Under the pieces are notes generated by a model. The model saw nothing but the letters and a program-made list of their open reading frames with translations. It ran no database searches and was not told the DNA's origin. A stretch of DNA of 64,000 nt from positions 16,945-80,944 of the forward strand of contig JABSPW010000001.1 of assembly GCA_013214285.1 (NCBI GenBank), written 5' to 3'. Both the position numbers and the translations under genes were made by a program. Position 1 is the stretch's first letter. Each line of letters opens with the position of its first letter. The DNA is from Halioglobus sp. GTDB lineage: Bacteria > Pseudomonadota > Gammaproteobacteria > Pseudomonadales > Halieaceae. Shown piece by piece: positions 39,277 to 48,434 of the stretch.

Positions 39277-40584
39277 TTAGGCAGCATCTCCTCTTGCTTT
39301 TAAAAACGGCTTGATCTCAGCAATAAAATCAAAGTAGGAACGTAGTGGTATCTCATTGTTCCAAACAACAACTACTAACACGATAGAAGAAGAGACAATG
39401 TATGCTACGCTTGCGCCGATTCCTGCGCCCAAGATACCGTACGCTGGTATCAGGAATACATCTAAAATAATCATGACTACTACTGCGCAGAAAATAGATA
39501 GGCTGTAGGTCCATGCTCGTCCCTGCATTATCAAATTGGGTGTGAGGGTCTTGGATATACTGATAGCTAATACTCCTGGAAGAAGAACGATAACCACTGG
39601 CCATGCATCCAAAAACTCTTCGCCAAATAAAACGAGAATGATCCACTTTGTGAGGAAAAAAATCGGCATCATGCACGCAGCCGTAAATGCAAATATTAGG
39701 CTGTTTAGTCTAGCTGTTAGGGTCGCTGATCGTCTGTCACCCTCCTTCGCAAGACGTGATAGCAAGACTTTATTCGCAACATTTGGAATTCTCCACAGGA
39801 CTTCACCTAATGTGAGTGCAATGCTGTATATGCCTACCTCTCTCGGCGTCAGAAAGTAAGCCACCAAGAAAATATCAAAGCGATACTCGAGGTAAGTTAA
39901 GAGCTGGCCTAAATGCGTTTTTAAGCCAAACAGCGTCATTGGCTTAAGTAATGCTTTATCAACTTTAAAAAGTCGAAAGCCACTTCGATATACCATTACA
40001 ATCGAAACGATTAACATCCCGGCGATACCAAGGAACGCGCACTTGACGGCATTTTCCAGAGTGACCGTTCCTAACAATACGACCGTCGAGAGTGAGATAC
40101 ACAATATGGCTGGTCTTGATAGCCGAACGAGGACTGATCGTGGGATGTCATAATCAGCATTTAGCATTGATCGCATATTGAGCGCAAATAGGTACATCGG
40201 GATCATGGACAGCGTAATGAAGATAAGCTTCCATGGTATTTCTTGATACATTCGATCATAAAACAGCGCAACGCCAATAGTAGCAATCAGCGCGGCAATT
40301 GGACCACTCACAATCGCAATAAGAATTGCGTTGCTCGTTAACTCATCGAAAGATGTTTTTTTCCTAAAATACGCCCCACTGAACTCTACTTTTAAAGCGA
40401 ACATAGATATCGCCATCATTATAGTAGAATTTAGTAAGGTGAAATTTCCTTTGTTATCCGGTCCCAGCGCTCTGGCTAAAATGACGCTCGTGACCATCGT
40501 CAACCCGAGTACAACAAAGTTGCCGCCCAGGCTGATTCCGAAGAACTTTACGAATTTTCTCTGTGTTAATTTCCTTATCATCAT
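39277..40584 (-). CDS. wzx: Wzx-type polysaccharide flippase (MOP superfamily)
   Basis: The 435-aa protein is polytopic with about 12-14 TM helices. The N-terminus is MMIRKLTQRKFVKFFGISLGGNFVVLGLTMV, typical of polysaccharide biosynthesis/export flippases. Confidence 0.8.
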   Translation of the reverse strand: MMIRKLTQRKFVKFFGISLGGNFVVLGLTMVTSVILARALGPDNKGNFTLLNSTIMMAISMFALKVEFSGAYFRKKTSFDELTSNAILIAIVSGPIAALIATIGVALFYDRMYQEIPWKLIFITLSMIPMYLFALNMRSMLNADYDIPRSVLVRLSRPAILCISLSTVVLLGTVTLENAVKCAFLGIAGMLIVSIVMVYRSGFRLFKVDKALLKPMTLFGLKTHLGQLLTYLEYRFDIFLVAYFLTPREVGIYSIALTLGEVLWRIPNVANKVLLSRLAKEGDRRSATLTARLNSLIFAFTAACMMPIFFLTKWIILVLFGEEFLDAWPVVIVLLPGVLAISISKTLTPNLIMQGRAWTYSLSIFCAVVVMIILDVFLIPAYGILGAGIGASVAYIVSSSIVLVVVVWNNEIPLRSYFDFIAEIKPFLKARGDAA

Positions 40585-41333
40585 TCATCCTGCTAACGGG
40601 CTATTGGCATATATCCATAAGGTAATACTCTGACACCGCAGCACACTTTTGCGACTCGTCACTGGATCTAGAGCGCACTGTTGGCGTATGTGGGCCTATC
40701 GCACTGCGCAGGTCGCCTGGTTTACGCTCCCGTCACTTGCACTGGCACGTGTTCTCAACTATGGATAGATAGAGGCAGCTTACTCCGATGAAAAACTGGT
40801 CTGTGATGCTAATTGATCAACCCATGATGCGATCGCAGTAACGTGGCAGGGGTGCACGATTAGCATGATACAGTGCAATAACCGCGCCTGAACTTCACCC
40901 GGCCAAGTCTGTGACCTAATACTCAGGAATTCTGTCACATTTCACCGTGCTGGCCGTCCCGCCTAGGTAGGGCCCAAAACAGCAGGCGCCTACCATGATA
41001 AATCCGGGCAACAGCAAACCACTGCGGATACCTCAGACAACTGCCCGAAACATTTCAGGCAAGCCTCCAACGGGGCGTAAAGCGTTAGACTTGGGTCTCA
41101 CAACAACAGCGGGGCAACACAGCACCACCGGGCAACTGCTCGGTTACCGCGGCCTATCGTGCTGGACGTCGCTTTATAGAGACACGCTAAGGCTTTGTTT
41201 TTAAGTGCATATTTTAGACTGGGGCACTTGTTGTCGCTTTTTAGCGACCAATGGAATGCACGATCTGGCAGCATGTGCCAATTCGCGGGTCGAAATACCC
41301 ATATCTCTTTGTTTTTCAACAGTTAAATATAGT

Positions 41334-41349
41334 TGGCACAGTTTGAGCT
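41334..41349 (+). promoter_or_regulatory. Candidate sigma54 (-24/-12) promoter for beta-helix gene copy 2
   Basis: TGGCACAGTTTGAGCT has GG and GC at consensus spacing. It lies in a 45-nt block (41306-41350) matching 26401-26445 at 33 of 45 positions ungapped. Confidence 0.4.
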
Positions 41350-41561
41350 TGCGTTAAACATCACAAGGGCAGCAACCCGTAAGACTCTAGTCAGTATGCG
41401 GGATGAACTGCGGCCAAAGACCGTTTACTGAAAAACTAGATATATATTTAAAATATCATTAATGTGTAAAATCATTCGATAATTATATATCTGGACAGCA
41501 CACCCAGGAAGCATTCACCTCAGGTGCGAGTTGATGACCGAGACTGACAAGGCAAAAATCG

Positions 41562-43085
41562 ATGACGATAAGTAAATTGCTACCCGGATTGGCGCTGCTG
41601 CTGTCGTGTCATCTTGTTTTACCGTCGGCGGCATCCGCAGCCAACTACTACGTCCACGCGAGCAAGGGCTCAAATTCCAGCAGCGGTAAAGCACCTGACG
41701 CCGCCTTCCGCGATCTTAGCTATGCGATTAGGAGGCTGCGCGCCGGCGACACACTCTTTGTGCGTGCCGGTACCTACCGAGAAAAGATGTCCAGCTTGTC
41801 TGCCAGCGGCACACGAAGCGCCCCCATCGTGGTGAAGGCTTATGGCAACGAGAAACCGATTATTCGGACTAGCAACATTACGGTGCTTGCCAATGCGAAC
41901 TGGTGGGTTTTCGAGGGACTCACGTTTCAGACGTCCGAGCAAATACGGCTGGGGGAACGGACTAGGCTCTCGTGCCACAGCTGGGCAAACAATATCACGT
42001 TTAGGAGAAATACCTTTCAAAATAGCAGTGCTAACGCACTTGTCCTGAACTGCGCGCGCCAGATCAATATAGACAGCAACGTGTTCTTTAACATTCGCAG
42101 TCGTCAAATCTCTAAGGACGCATACGGCGTCAAGTCAACTGTTGCGGCACACAATATAGTAATCAGCAACAACCGATTCACCGATATTGGTGGTGATGGC
42201 ATTCAGCTGGTAGGCGATGTAAGGAATGTTCAAATTATCGATAATGAGTTTGAAGTGGTGCATCCCTACCGCTATCGAACTGAAAACGGAAACGTGGATT
42301 CGTCGAATCCTAAACGCTTTGGCAGCGTGGGCGAGAATGCCATCGACCTTAAGGGCGGGCCTGGGCCTTTCACTATCGCAGGCAATGTCATCCATGGTTT
42401 TCGCCCCACTATCAAGGGGACGCAGGATGCATCAGGCGCGATGGGCGTGGGTATCACAATGAGCCACGCAAATGATCGATCGGTCTATATCTACAAGAAC
42501 CATTTCTACGATAACGTCTATGACATTAAAATTAACGGGCATGAGACCAGAAGTGAAATTGCCTACAATATTTTCGAGAATTCGGTGGTCGCTGACCCCA
42601 CGGTTTATGGGAAAAAGACGCAGACGCCCAGGGCATTACACCTGGAGAACACTGGCAACTCCCGGGTCTATAACAACATATTTCACAATGATGTAGCGGG
42701 TGACAAGATACTACTGTTCATCGACGGCGTGCGGAACGTGTTGTTGCAAAACAACGTATTTAGCAACGGTAGAATGGGAGGAAAAGGGGGGCAGTTCTCC
42801 AGTGACCACAATGCCTTCTCTGGCATCACCGATAAGATGGATGACAACTTCAACGGCGTGCGCGATGTCACAGGTAATCTGCGCATGAATTGGTCAACCT
42901 GGAAGCCGAGGAGTAATAGTCCGCTGATCGACGCTGGAATGCGCGTACAAAACAGCCTACAAACTGATTACTATGCGGTATCCGACTTTTTCGGGGCACC
43001 CATCAGGGGCTTAGGTCCAGATATTGGCGCCACAGAGTTTGGCGGCAAACCGCTGCAGGGAGCGCCGCCTCCTGGCTGTCTCTAA
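41562..43085 (+). CDS. Secreted right-handed parallel beta-helix protein, copy 2 (lacks linker and Ig-like domain)
   Basis: The protein is identical to copy 1 from LLPGLALLLSC to GATEFGG. It has its own start MTISK and then diverges to KPLQGAPPPGCL-stop. Confidence 0.75.
   Translation: MTISKLLPGLALLLSCHLVLPSAASAANYYVHASKGSNSSSGKAPDAAFRDLSYAIRRLRAGDTLFVRAGTYREKMSSLSASGTRSAPIVVKAYGNEKPIIRTSNITVLANANWWVFEGLTFQTSEQIRLGERTRLSCHSWANNITFRRNTFQNSSANALVLNCARQINIDSNVFFNIRSRQISKDAYGVKSTVAAHNIVISNNRFTDIGGDGIQLVGDVRNVQIIDNEFEVVHPYRYRTENGNVDSSNPKRFGSVGENAIDLKGGPGPFTIAGNVIHGFRPTIKGTQDASGAMGVGITMSHANDRSVYIYKNHFYDNVYDIKINGHETRSEIAYNIFENSVVADPTVYGKKTQTPRALHLENTGNSRVYNNIFHNDVAGDKILLFIDGVRNVLLQNNVFSNGRMGGKGGQFSSDHNAFSGITDKMDDNFNGVRDVTGNLRMNWSTWKPRSNSPLIDAGMRVQNSLQTDYYAVSDFFGAPIRGLGPDIGATEFGGKPLQGAPPPGCL
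41578..43047 (+). repeat. Direct repeat copy 2 (1,470 bp), identical to 26765..28234 wherever compared
   Basis: Same evidence as copy 1. Confidence 0.95.
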
Positions 43086-43766
43086 TGCCCACACTCTGAA
43101 CCAACGCCGAATGGCCTCGACCCCCACACCGGGATGGAGCGCAACACGCAGCATCGCGCGCAGCGGCAAGATCACTGTTACTGACATACTGCGTAACCTC
43201 GACGCTTCAGCTCTTCGGGTATGGTTAATTGACCAAACAATACGCACCCAGCCTAGATCAAGCTTCACAGTAAGCATATAATGCTAGCGCGTACTCAATT
43301 TTGTAGCCAAAGCGGCCGGCCTGCCGTGGGCTCCGACACTGGGTTGCACTGTCCGCTTATCAAAACCGGGAGCCTACTACCCGCTGTCACCAGGCGTTTG
43401 CCCGCGCGCGGTAAGCATTTTCTAAAAAGCAGGTAGATCAAGGCGCCCAAAACCCAGGGAAGACAAGCACCCACACTACCGTATTCATCATTATTTACTC
43501 TCAGTATGTGATGCGGGCCACTCATTCTGCCATTCATCACTGATCTCGGCCTGCATCATCATGCTATTATCTGTTCCTGCACGGACCACCGTTTGCGTCG
43601 AGCCTATGCACGTGATCCAGCAGAGGATGCGCATGCAGGGTCGCGATTGACATCATGGCTGTCATTGTGTTCTGACTTGCCAAGGCCGCAGCCTGGGCCT
43701 GTCCAATGTGGTTCCAATACTCCTTGTTAGCAGACAGGAATACCTGGACTCAGGAGCTGAACTGAC

Positions 43767-45080
43767 GTGAATATCAGTATATTTGGTATGGGATACGTAG
43801 GCGTTGTATCCGCTACCTGTCTCGCCAGTGATGGCCACCGTGTCATCGGCGTAGATCCGAATAGGGCAAAGATCACCCTGATCAATGCTGGTGAAGCACC
43901 TATCGTTGAGCAGGGTCTTGGACCCCTGCTGTCCGCAGGTGTGGACTCTGGCCTAATTTCAGCTCGCTCTGATGCAGCATCTGCAGTCCTGGAGACTGAC
44001 ATCTCTTTCATTTGTGTAGGTACCCCCAGCCAGAGTAACGGCAGCCTAGATCTTCGATATGTTAAGAATGTCTGCCAGGAAATCGGCGACGCAGTTGGTC
44101 AAAAAGATAGCTTTCACGTCGTCGTCGTCCGCAGCACTATGCTCCCTGGCAGTATGCTAGATACCGTGATTCCCACGTTGGAAAAAAGTTCGGGTAAGAT
44201 GGCGGGGGAAGGTTTCGGAATTTGCATCAATCCGGAATTCCTCCGGGAAGGAACCGCGATTAATGACTACAAGAACCCGCCCAAGACCGTTATTGGCGAA
44301 GTAGACGCTCGCAGTGGCGACATTTTGGAGGAATTGTACGGCACCCTCGCTGCCCCCCTAGTTCGTACCGATATATCTACCGCGGAGATGGTGAAATACA
44401 CCGATAATGTCTGGCATGCTCTAAAGGTTAGTTTTGCCAATGATATCGGCAACCTTTGCAAGCTAATCGACATTGACGGGCATGAGGTTATGGATATTTT
44501 TTGTCAGGACCACAAGCTCAACTTGTCTACGGCTTACCTAAAACCCGGCTTCGCGTTTGGTGGTTCCTGTTTGCCGAAGGACGTCAGGGCGCTAAGTCAC
44601 AAAGCAAAATCTCTCGATCTCGACATGCCGATCATAGACAACATTCTCGAAGCCAACGAGAGACAGGTTGAACGCGGCCTCTCCATGATCTTAGCAAAAG
44701 CCAACAAGAGGGTGTCCGTGCTTGGATTTAGTTTCAAGGCAGGCACTGACGATCTTCGCGAGAGTCCGCTAGTCGAAGTAATCGAGCGCTTAATAGGCAA
44801 AGGTTATGATCTGCGCCTCTATGACAAAAATGTTTCGATGGCAAGCCTAGTTGGCGCCAACAAGGACTATATTCTCAATGTCATTCCACACATCTCCCAA
44901 CTTATGGTAGAGACCTTGGACGAGGCACTCGCTCATGGCGAAACTATTGTTATCGGTAACGGTGCCGAAGAGTTTGAGACCATACCTTCCAGGACGAAAG
45001 ATAATCAGGTCATCGTAGACCTTGTAAGGATCGGCGATTATCGCAGTATCGAGGGACGATACGATGGAATCTGCTGGTAG
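43767..45080 (+). CDS. algD: GDP-mannose 6-dehydrogenase (AlgD-like)
   Basis: The 437-aa protein aligns by eye along its full length with P. aeruginosa AlgD as I recall it. Shared features are MNISIFGMGYVGVVSATCLA, FICVGTPS, GFAFGGSCLPKDVRAL, SFKAGTDDLRESPLVE and the terminal GICW. The start is GTG. Confidence 0.85.
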   Translation: MNISIFGMGYVGVVSATCLASDGHRVIGVDPNRAKITLINAGEAPIVEQGLGPLLSAGVDSGLISARSDAASAVLETDISFICVGTPSQSNGSLDLRYVKNVCQEIGDAVGQKDSFHVVVVRSTMLPGSMLDTVIPTLEKSSGKMAGEGFGICINPEFLREGTAINDYKNPPKTVIGEVDARSGDILEELYGTLAAPLVRTDISTAEMVKYTDNVWHALKVSFANDIGNLCKLIDIDGHEVMDIFCQDHKLNLSTAYLKPGFAFGGSCLPKDVRALSHKAKSLDLDMPIIDNILEANERQVERGLSMILAKANKRVSVLGFSFKAGTDDLRESPLVEVIERLIGKGYDLRLYDKNVSMASLVGANKDYILNVIPHISQLMVETLDEALAHGETIVIGNGAEEFETIPSRTKDNQVIVDLVRIGDYRSIEGRYDGICW

Positions 45081-46263
45081 ACCCAAGCGAATTCTCTTCA
45101 TTGTAGAAAATCTGCCTTCACCCTTTGACCGCAGAGTGTGGCAAGAAGCTACCACGCTGCAAAAAAACGGGTATGAAGTATCCATCATTTGCCCCACAGG
45201 AAAAGGGTATTCTAAGAAGTACGAAGTCATAGATGGCATACATATCTATCGACACAATCTAATGGTTGAGGCCGAGGGCCCTTTGGGCTATCTCCTCGAA
45301 TATAGCTCTGCACTGTTTTGGGAGGTCTACCTCTCCTTAAAAGTTCTGTTTACCAGAGGTTTTGACGCCATTCATGCGTGTAATCCACCAGACCTGATTT
45401 TCTTAGTTGCGGCGATATACAGACCTTTCGGAAAAAAATTTCTATTTGATCACCATGATATCAATCCGGAGCTGTACGAGGCAAAATTTGGTCGAAGAGA
45501 CATTTTTTGGAAACTTATGCTCTGGTGCGAAAGGCTGACGTTCAAAGCCGCGCATGTCTCTATTGCCACTAACGAATCCTATAAACGCATCGCTATCGAT
45601 CGTGGGGGCATGTATCCCGAGAACGTATATGTGGTGCGTAGTGGACCGACATTAGATCGTCTCAAAATAGTTGCACCGAAACCTGAGCTTAAATGCAAAC
45701 GCAAGTATCTTGTGGGCTATGTCGGTGTGATGGGTAAACAAGAGGGCATCGACTACCTTTTGCGGTCCGTTAGACATATCGTCTTCGAGATGAAGAGACA
45801 AGATATCCATTTCACTCTCGTAGGTGGAGGCACTGAGCTGAAGCAGCTAAAGGCTTATGCCTATGACCTGTGCGTGTCGGACTATGTCACATTCACAGGC
45901 CGAATTCCTGACCAAGACCTGTTGAACGTCCTCTGTACAGCCGATGTCTGTGTCAACCCAGATGTCGGTAACGAGATGAATGATAAATCTACAATGAACA
46001 AAATTATGGAATATATGGCGTTGGCGAAACCCATCGTGCAGTTTGACTTGTCTGAGGGACGATTTTCGGCTGGGAAAGCGTCTCTATACGCAAAATGGAA
46101 CGATGAAATCGATATGGCAGACAAGATAGTCTCACTGCTTGAAGATCCTGAAAAGAGAGAGAGAATGGGAATATACGGTAGAAAGAGGGTTACAGAGGAG
46201 CTCGAGTGGAAATATGAGGAGCCCAAACTCCTGGCTGCCTATGATGCGCTGTTTTCTAATTAG
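45064..46263 (+). CDS. Glycosyltransferase family 4 (GT-B)
   Basis: The N-terminus carries RILFIVENLPSPFDRRVWQEATTLQKNGYEVSII. The C-terminal region is NEMNDKSTMNKIMEYMALAKPIV. The gene overlaps algD-like by 17 nt. Confidence 0.85.
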   Translation: MESAGRPKRILFIVENLPSPFDRRVWQEATTLQKNGYEVSIICPTGKGYSKKYEVIDGIHIYRHNLMVEAEGPLGYLLEYSSALFWEVYLSLKVLFTRGFDAIHACNPPDLIFLVAAIYRPFGKKFLFDHHDINPELYEAKFGRRDIFWKLMLWCERLTFKAAHVSIATNESYKRIAIDRGGMYPENVYVVRSGPTLDRLKIVAPKPELKCKRKYLVGYVGVMGKQEGIDYLLRSVRHIVFEMKRQDIHFTLVGGGTELKQLKAYAYDLCVSDYVTFTGRIPDQDLLNVLCTADVCVNPDVGNEMNDKSTMNKIMEYMALAKPIVQFDLSEGRFSAGKASLYAKWNDEIDMADKIVSLLEDPEKRERMGIYGRKRVTEELEWKYEEPKLLAAYDALFSN

Positions 46264-46282
46264 TTGACTTTCAGTGGTGGGA

Positions 46283-47389
46283 ATGAACATTTTGCACGTA
46301 TGCTGGGATCTAGGTCAAGGGGGCTGTCAACGCTATCTTGTGGACTTACTAAAGGCGCAAAGTCAGCAAGGTATTCAGTGTGAAGTGCTTATACTAACCA
46401 GTGAAGGCTCACTCTCACTGGACGCGGCGTCACTTGTGAAAAAAATACACTATCTGCATATGCGGGGAGGCTTTGACGTGATGTCACTCGGGCCATTGAA
46501 ACGATTTCTGAGTGCCTGCACTGCCGAATTGATACACTCGCACACTGATAATGTCCTGTTTAATTTAGCGCTGGTGAGCGACGCGAGGCCCGTAGTTTAT
46601 ACTGAACATGGAGGTAGGCTTTTAAAGGGAAGATTGGGTAGTAAATTATTTTACCGAATATTTTACCGACGCGTGTCGCGACTGTTTGCAATCTCCTTTT
46701 TTATAGCGAACGTTATGCGAAAATATAACGCCCGTGTGACTAATCGGATTAAGGTAATCCATAATGGCGTTGACCTCGATGAACTTGCGGATTACAAAAA
46801 TTCTACAGCCTCTGGTCCAGACATTGATTTACCCCCTAAGCCCAGGGTAGGATTTGTCGGTCGACTAGTACCAGAGAAGGGCATAGATATCTTCATCGAT
46901 ACGGCGCGCCTTGTCCTTAAAGTCATGCCGGAGGTTAATTTTGTAATCATAGGAGACGGACCGGAACTCGCCCCGATGCAAGAGTTGGTCTCTCGCGAAA
47001 ATATTGGCCACCGCATACATTTCCTCGGCTATCGCAAAGATGCTAGAACCATCATAAGGACTTTCGACATACTGTACTCCACATCCCGCATCGACGCTTT
47101 TGGCTTAGTTCCGGCGGAGGCAATGGCGTGTGGCGTGCCCTGCGTGGCTTTGGAGAATGACTCAGCGGTCTCCGAGATTATTCGGGACGGCACTGATGGG
47201 ATAGTACTAAAAGGCACCAATATGGCTGCCGCGACCAAGGCAATAACTGATCTGCTTGGCAACAGACCTCTGCGAAACAAATTTTCAACGAATGCAATAG
47301 CTCGCATCGAGACTGATTTTTCGATGGAAAAAAACGCACAATTGGTGCTTGGTCAATATCAAGCGCTGACTGAGACTGCAGGCAAGTAA
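46283..47389 (+). CDS. Glycosyltransferase group 1 (GT-B)
   Basis: The N-terminus is MNILHVCWDLGQGG and the E-x7-E region is AFGLVPAEAMACGVPCVA. An alternative GTG start lies at 46274. Confidence 0.8.
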   Translation: MNILHVCWDLGQGGCQRYLVDLLKAQSQQGIQCEVLILTSEGSLSLDAASLVKKIHYLHMRGGFDVMSLGPLKRFLSACTAELIHSHTDNVLFNLALVSDARPVVYTEHGGRLLKGRLGSKLFYRIFYRRVSRLFAISFFIANVMRKYNARVTNRIKVIHNGVDLDELADYKNSTASGPDIDLPPKPRVGFVGRLVPEKGIDIFIDTARLVLKVMPEVNFVIIGDGPELAPMQELVSRENIGHRIHFLGYRKDARTIIRTFDILYSTSRIDAFGLVPAEAMACGVPCVALENDSAVSEIIRDGTDGIVLKGTNMAAATKAITDLLGNRPLRNKFSTNAIARIETDFSMEKNAQLVLGQYQALTETAGK

Positions 47390-47408
47390 AGATGCTTATG
47401 AAGTCAAG

Positions 47409-48410
47409 TTGACAGCTATGTTAACCGAGCAGGGATTTGAGAATGAAAACTGCCTACTTTTCATTATTGGAATGCCCCGATCTGGAACAAAATTACTAAG
47501 GCAGCTATTAAACCAGCACTCAAGAATCCGTATTCCGAATATTGAAACGGAATTTTACCCGTTCCTGGTGCGCTATATTGACAAGCATGGTCCCTGCGAT
47601 GGACTGTCTGATTTCCTTCAGATGGCAAAAGCCCTACAAACTATGCCTTTCTTTATCTATATGCGAGAAGAATGTAATGCTATCGATACTGTAAGTTGGT
47701 ATAAAGCGTGCCGAGACTACAGCGCTGCAGGAATTTTCTACGGCCTGCTACTGTCAGCCACTAAATCGTATGGAAGTAATGGGCTTTTTATCGGTGATAA
47801 ATCGCCTTCATACATCAACCAACTGGCACAACTTAATCAATCGTTTCCAAAAGCCAGATTCATTCATATCGTTAGAGATGCCCGTGATTACAGTCTATCT
47901 ATCAATCACGCTTGGGGAAAAAATAAAATCCGTGCTGCGTCACGATGGTCTGACTCGATTGGGTCACTTATTCGATACCGAAAACACATAAGGCTCCACG
48001 AATTACGCTACGAGGACCTTATCGAAAATCCACAATGCGAACTCAAAGCGATATGTACATTTTTGGGTCTACCGTTCGAAAATGGGATGACTAACCCTGA
48101 TCGTATCGTAGAAAACCTGGGTGACACACGAGATTCCATCAATGTGATACCTGCGAATTCACATAAGTACAAGCGTCTAATGACAAAACGATGTCAGCAT
48201 AAAATTGAAAAAATTACTTGTGAAGAAATGCGTACTTATGACTATGAAATCGAATGGTCAGGTGAAGCAAAAAAGCCCAATCCGCTTACTAATATGTTTT
48301 TGCAGCTAATAGATGGCTTTAATTTGGTGAGGCATGAAAAGAACCAGCGAGGTATCTTTGGCAGTATCGCCTTCTATTGGAACTATTTCCGCGCCACCCG
48401 TGCGCTTTAG
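47409..48410 (+). CDS. PAPS-dependent sulfotransferase (ST5)
   Basis: The 5'-PSB loop is IIGMPRSGTKLLRQLL and the 3'-PB motif is IHIVRDARDYSLSIN. The start is TTG at 47409, with an alternative ATG at 47418. Confidence 0.8.
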   Translation: MTAMLTEQGFENENCLLFIIGMPRSGTKLLRQLLNQHSRIRIPNIETEFYPFLVRYIDKHGPCDGLSDFLQMAKALQTMPFFIYMREECNAIDTVSWYKACRDYSAAGIFYGLLLSATKSYGSNGLFIGDKSPSYINQLAQLNQSFPKARFIHIVRDARDYSLSINHAWGKNKIRAASRWSDSIGSLIRYRKHIRLHELRYEDLIENPQCELKAICTFLGLPFENGMTNPDRIVENLGDTRDSINVIPANSHKYKRLMTKRCQHKIEKITCEEMRTYDYEIEWSGEAKKPNPLTNMFLQLIDGFNLVRHEKNQRGIFGSIAFYWNYFRATRAL

Positions 48411-48434
48411 CACTTTGGCTTGGATAGAGCAGAT

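Noticed and set aside
40743-40758. TGGCACGTGTTCTCAA as a sigma54 promoter, and the palindromic TGGCAGCATGTGCCAA at 41266-41281
   Set aside because: The -24 element is good, but no GC dinucleotide sits at the -12 spacing in either case.
43011-43540. 88-aa and 81-aa minus-strand ORFs after beta-helix copy 2 as integrase or transposase remnants
   Set aside because: No recombinase or transposase motif is recognisable by eye. The translations are Arg/Leu-rich and overlap other short frames. The interval is kept only as a noncoding-scar observation.
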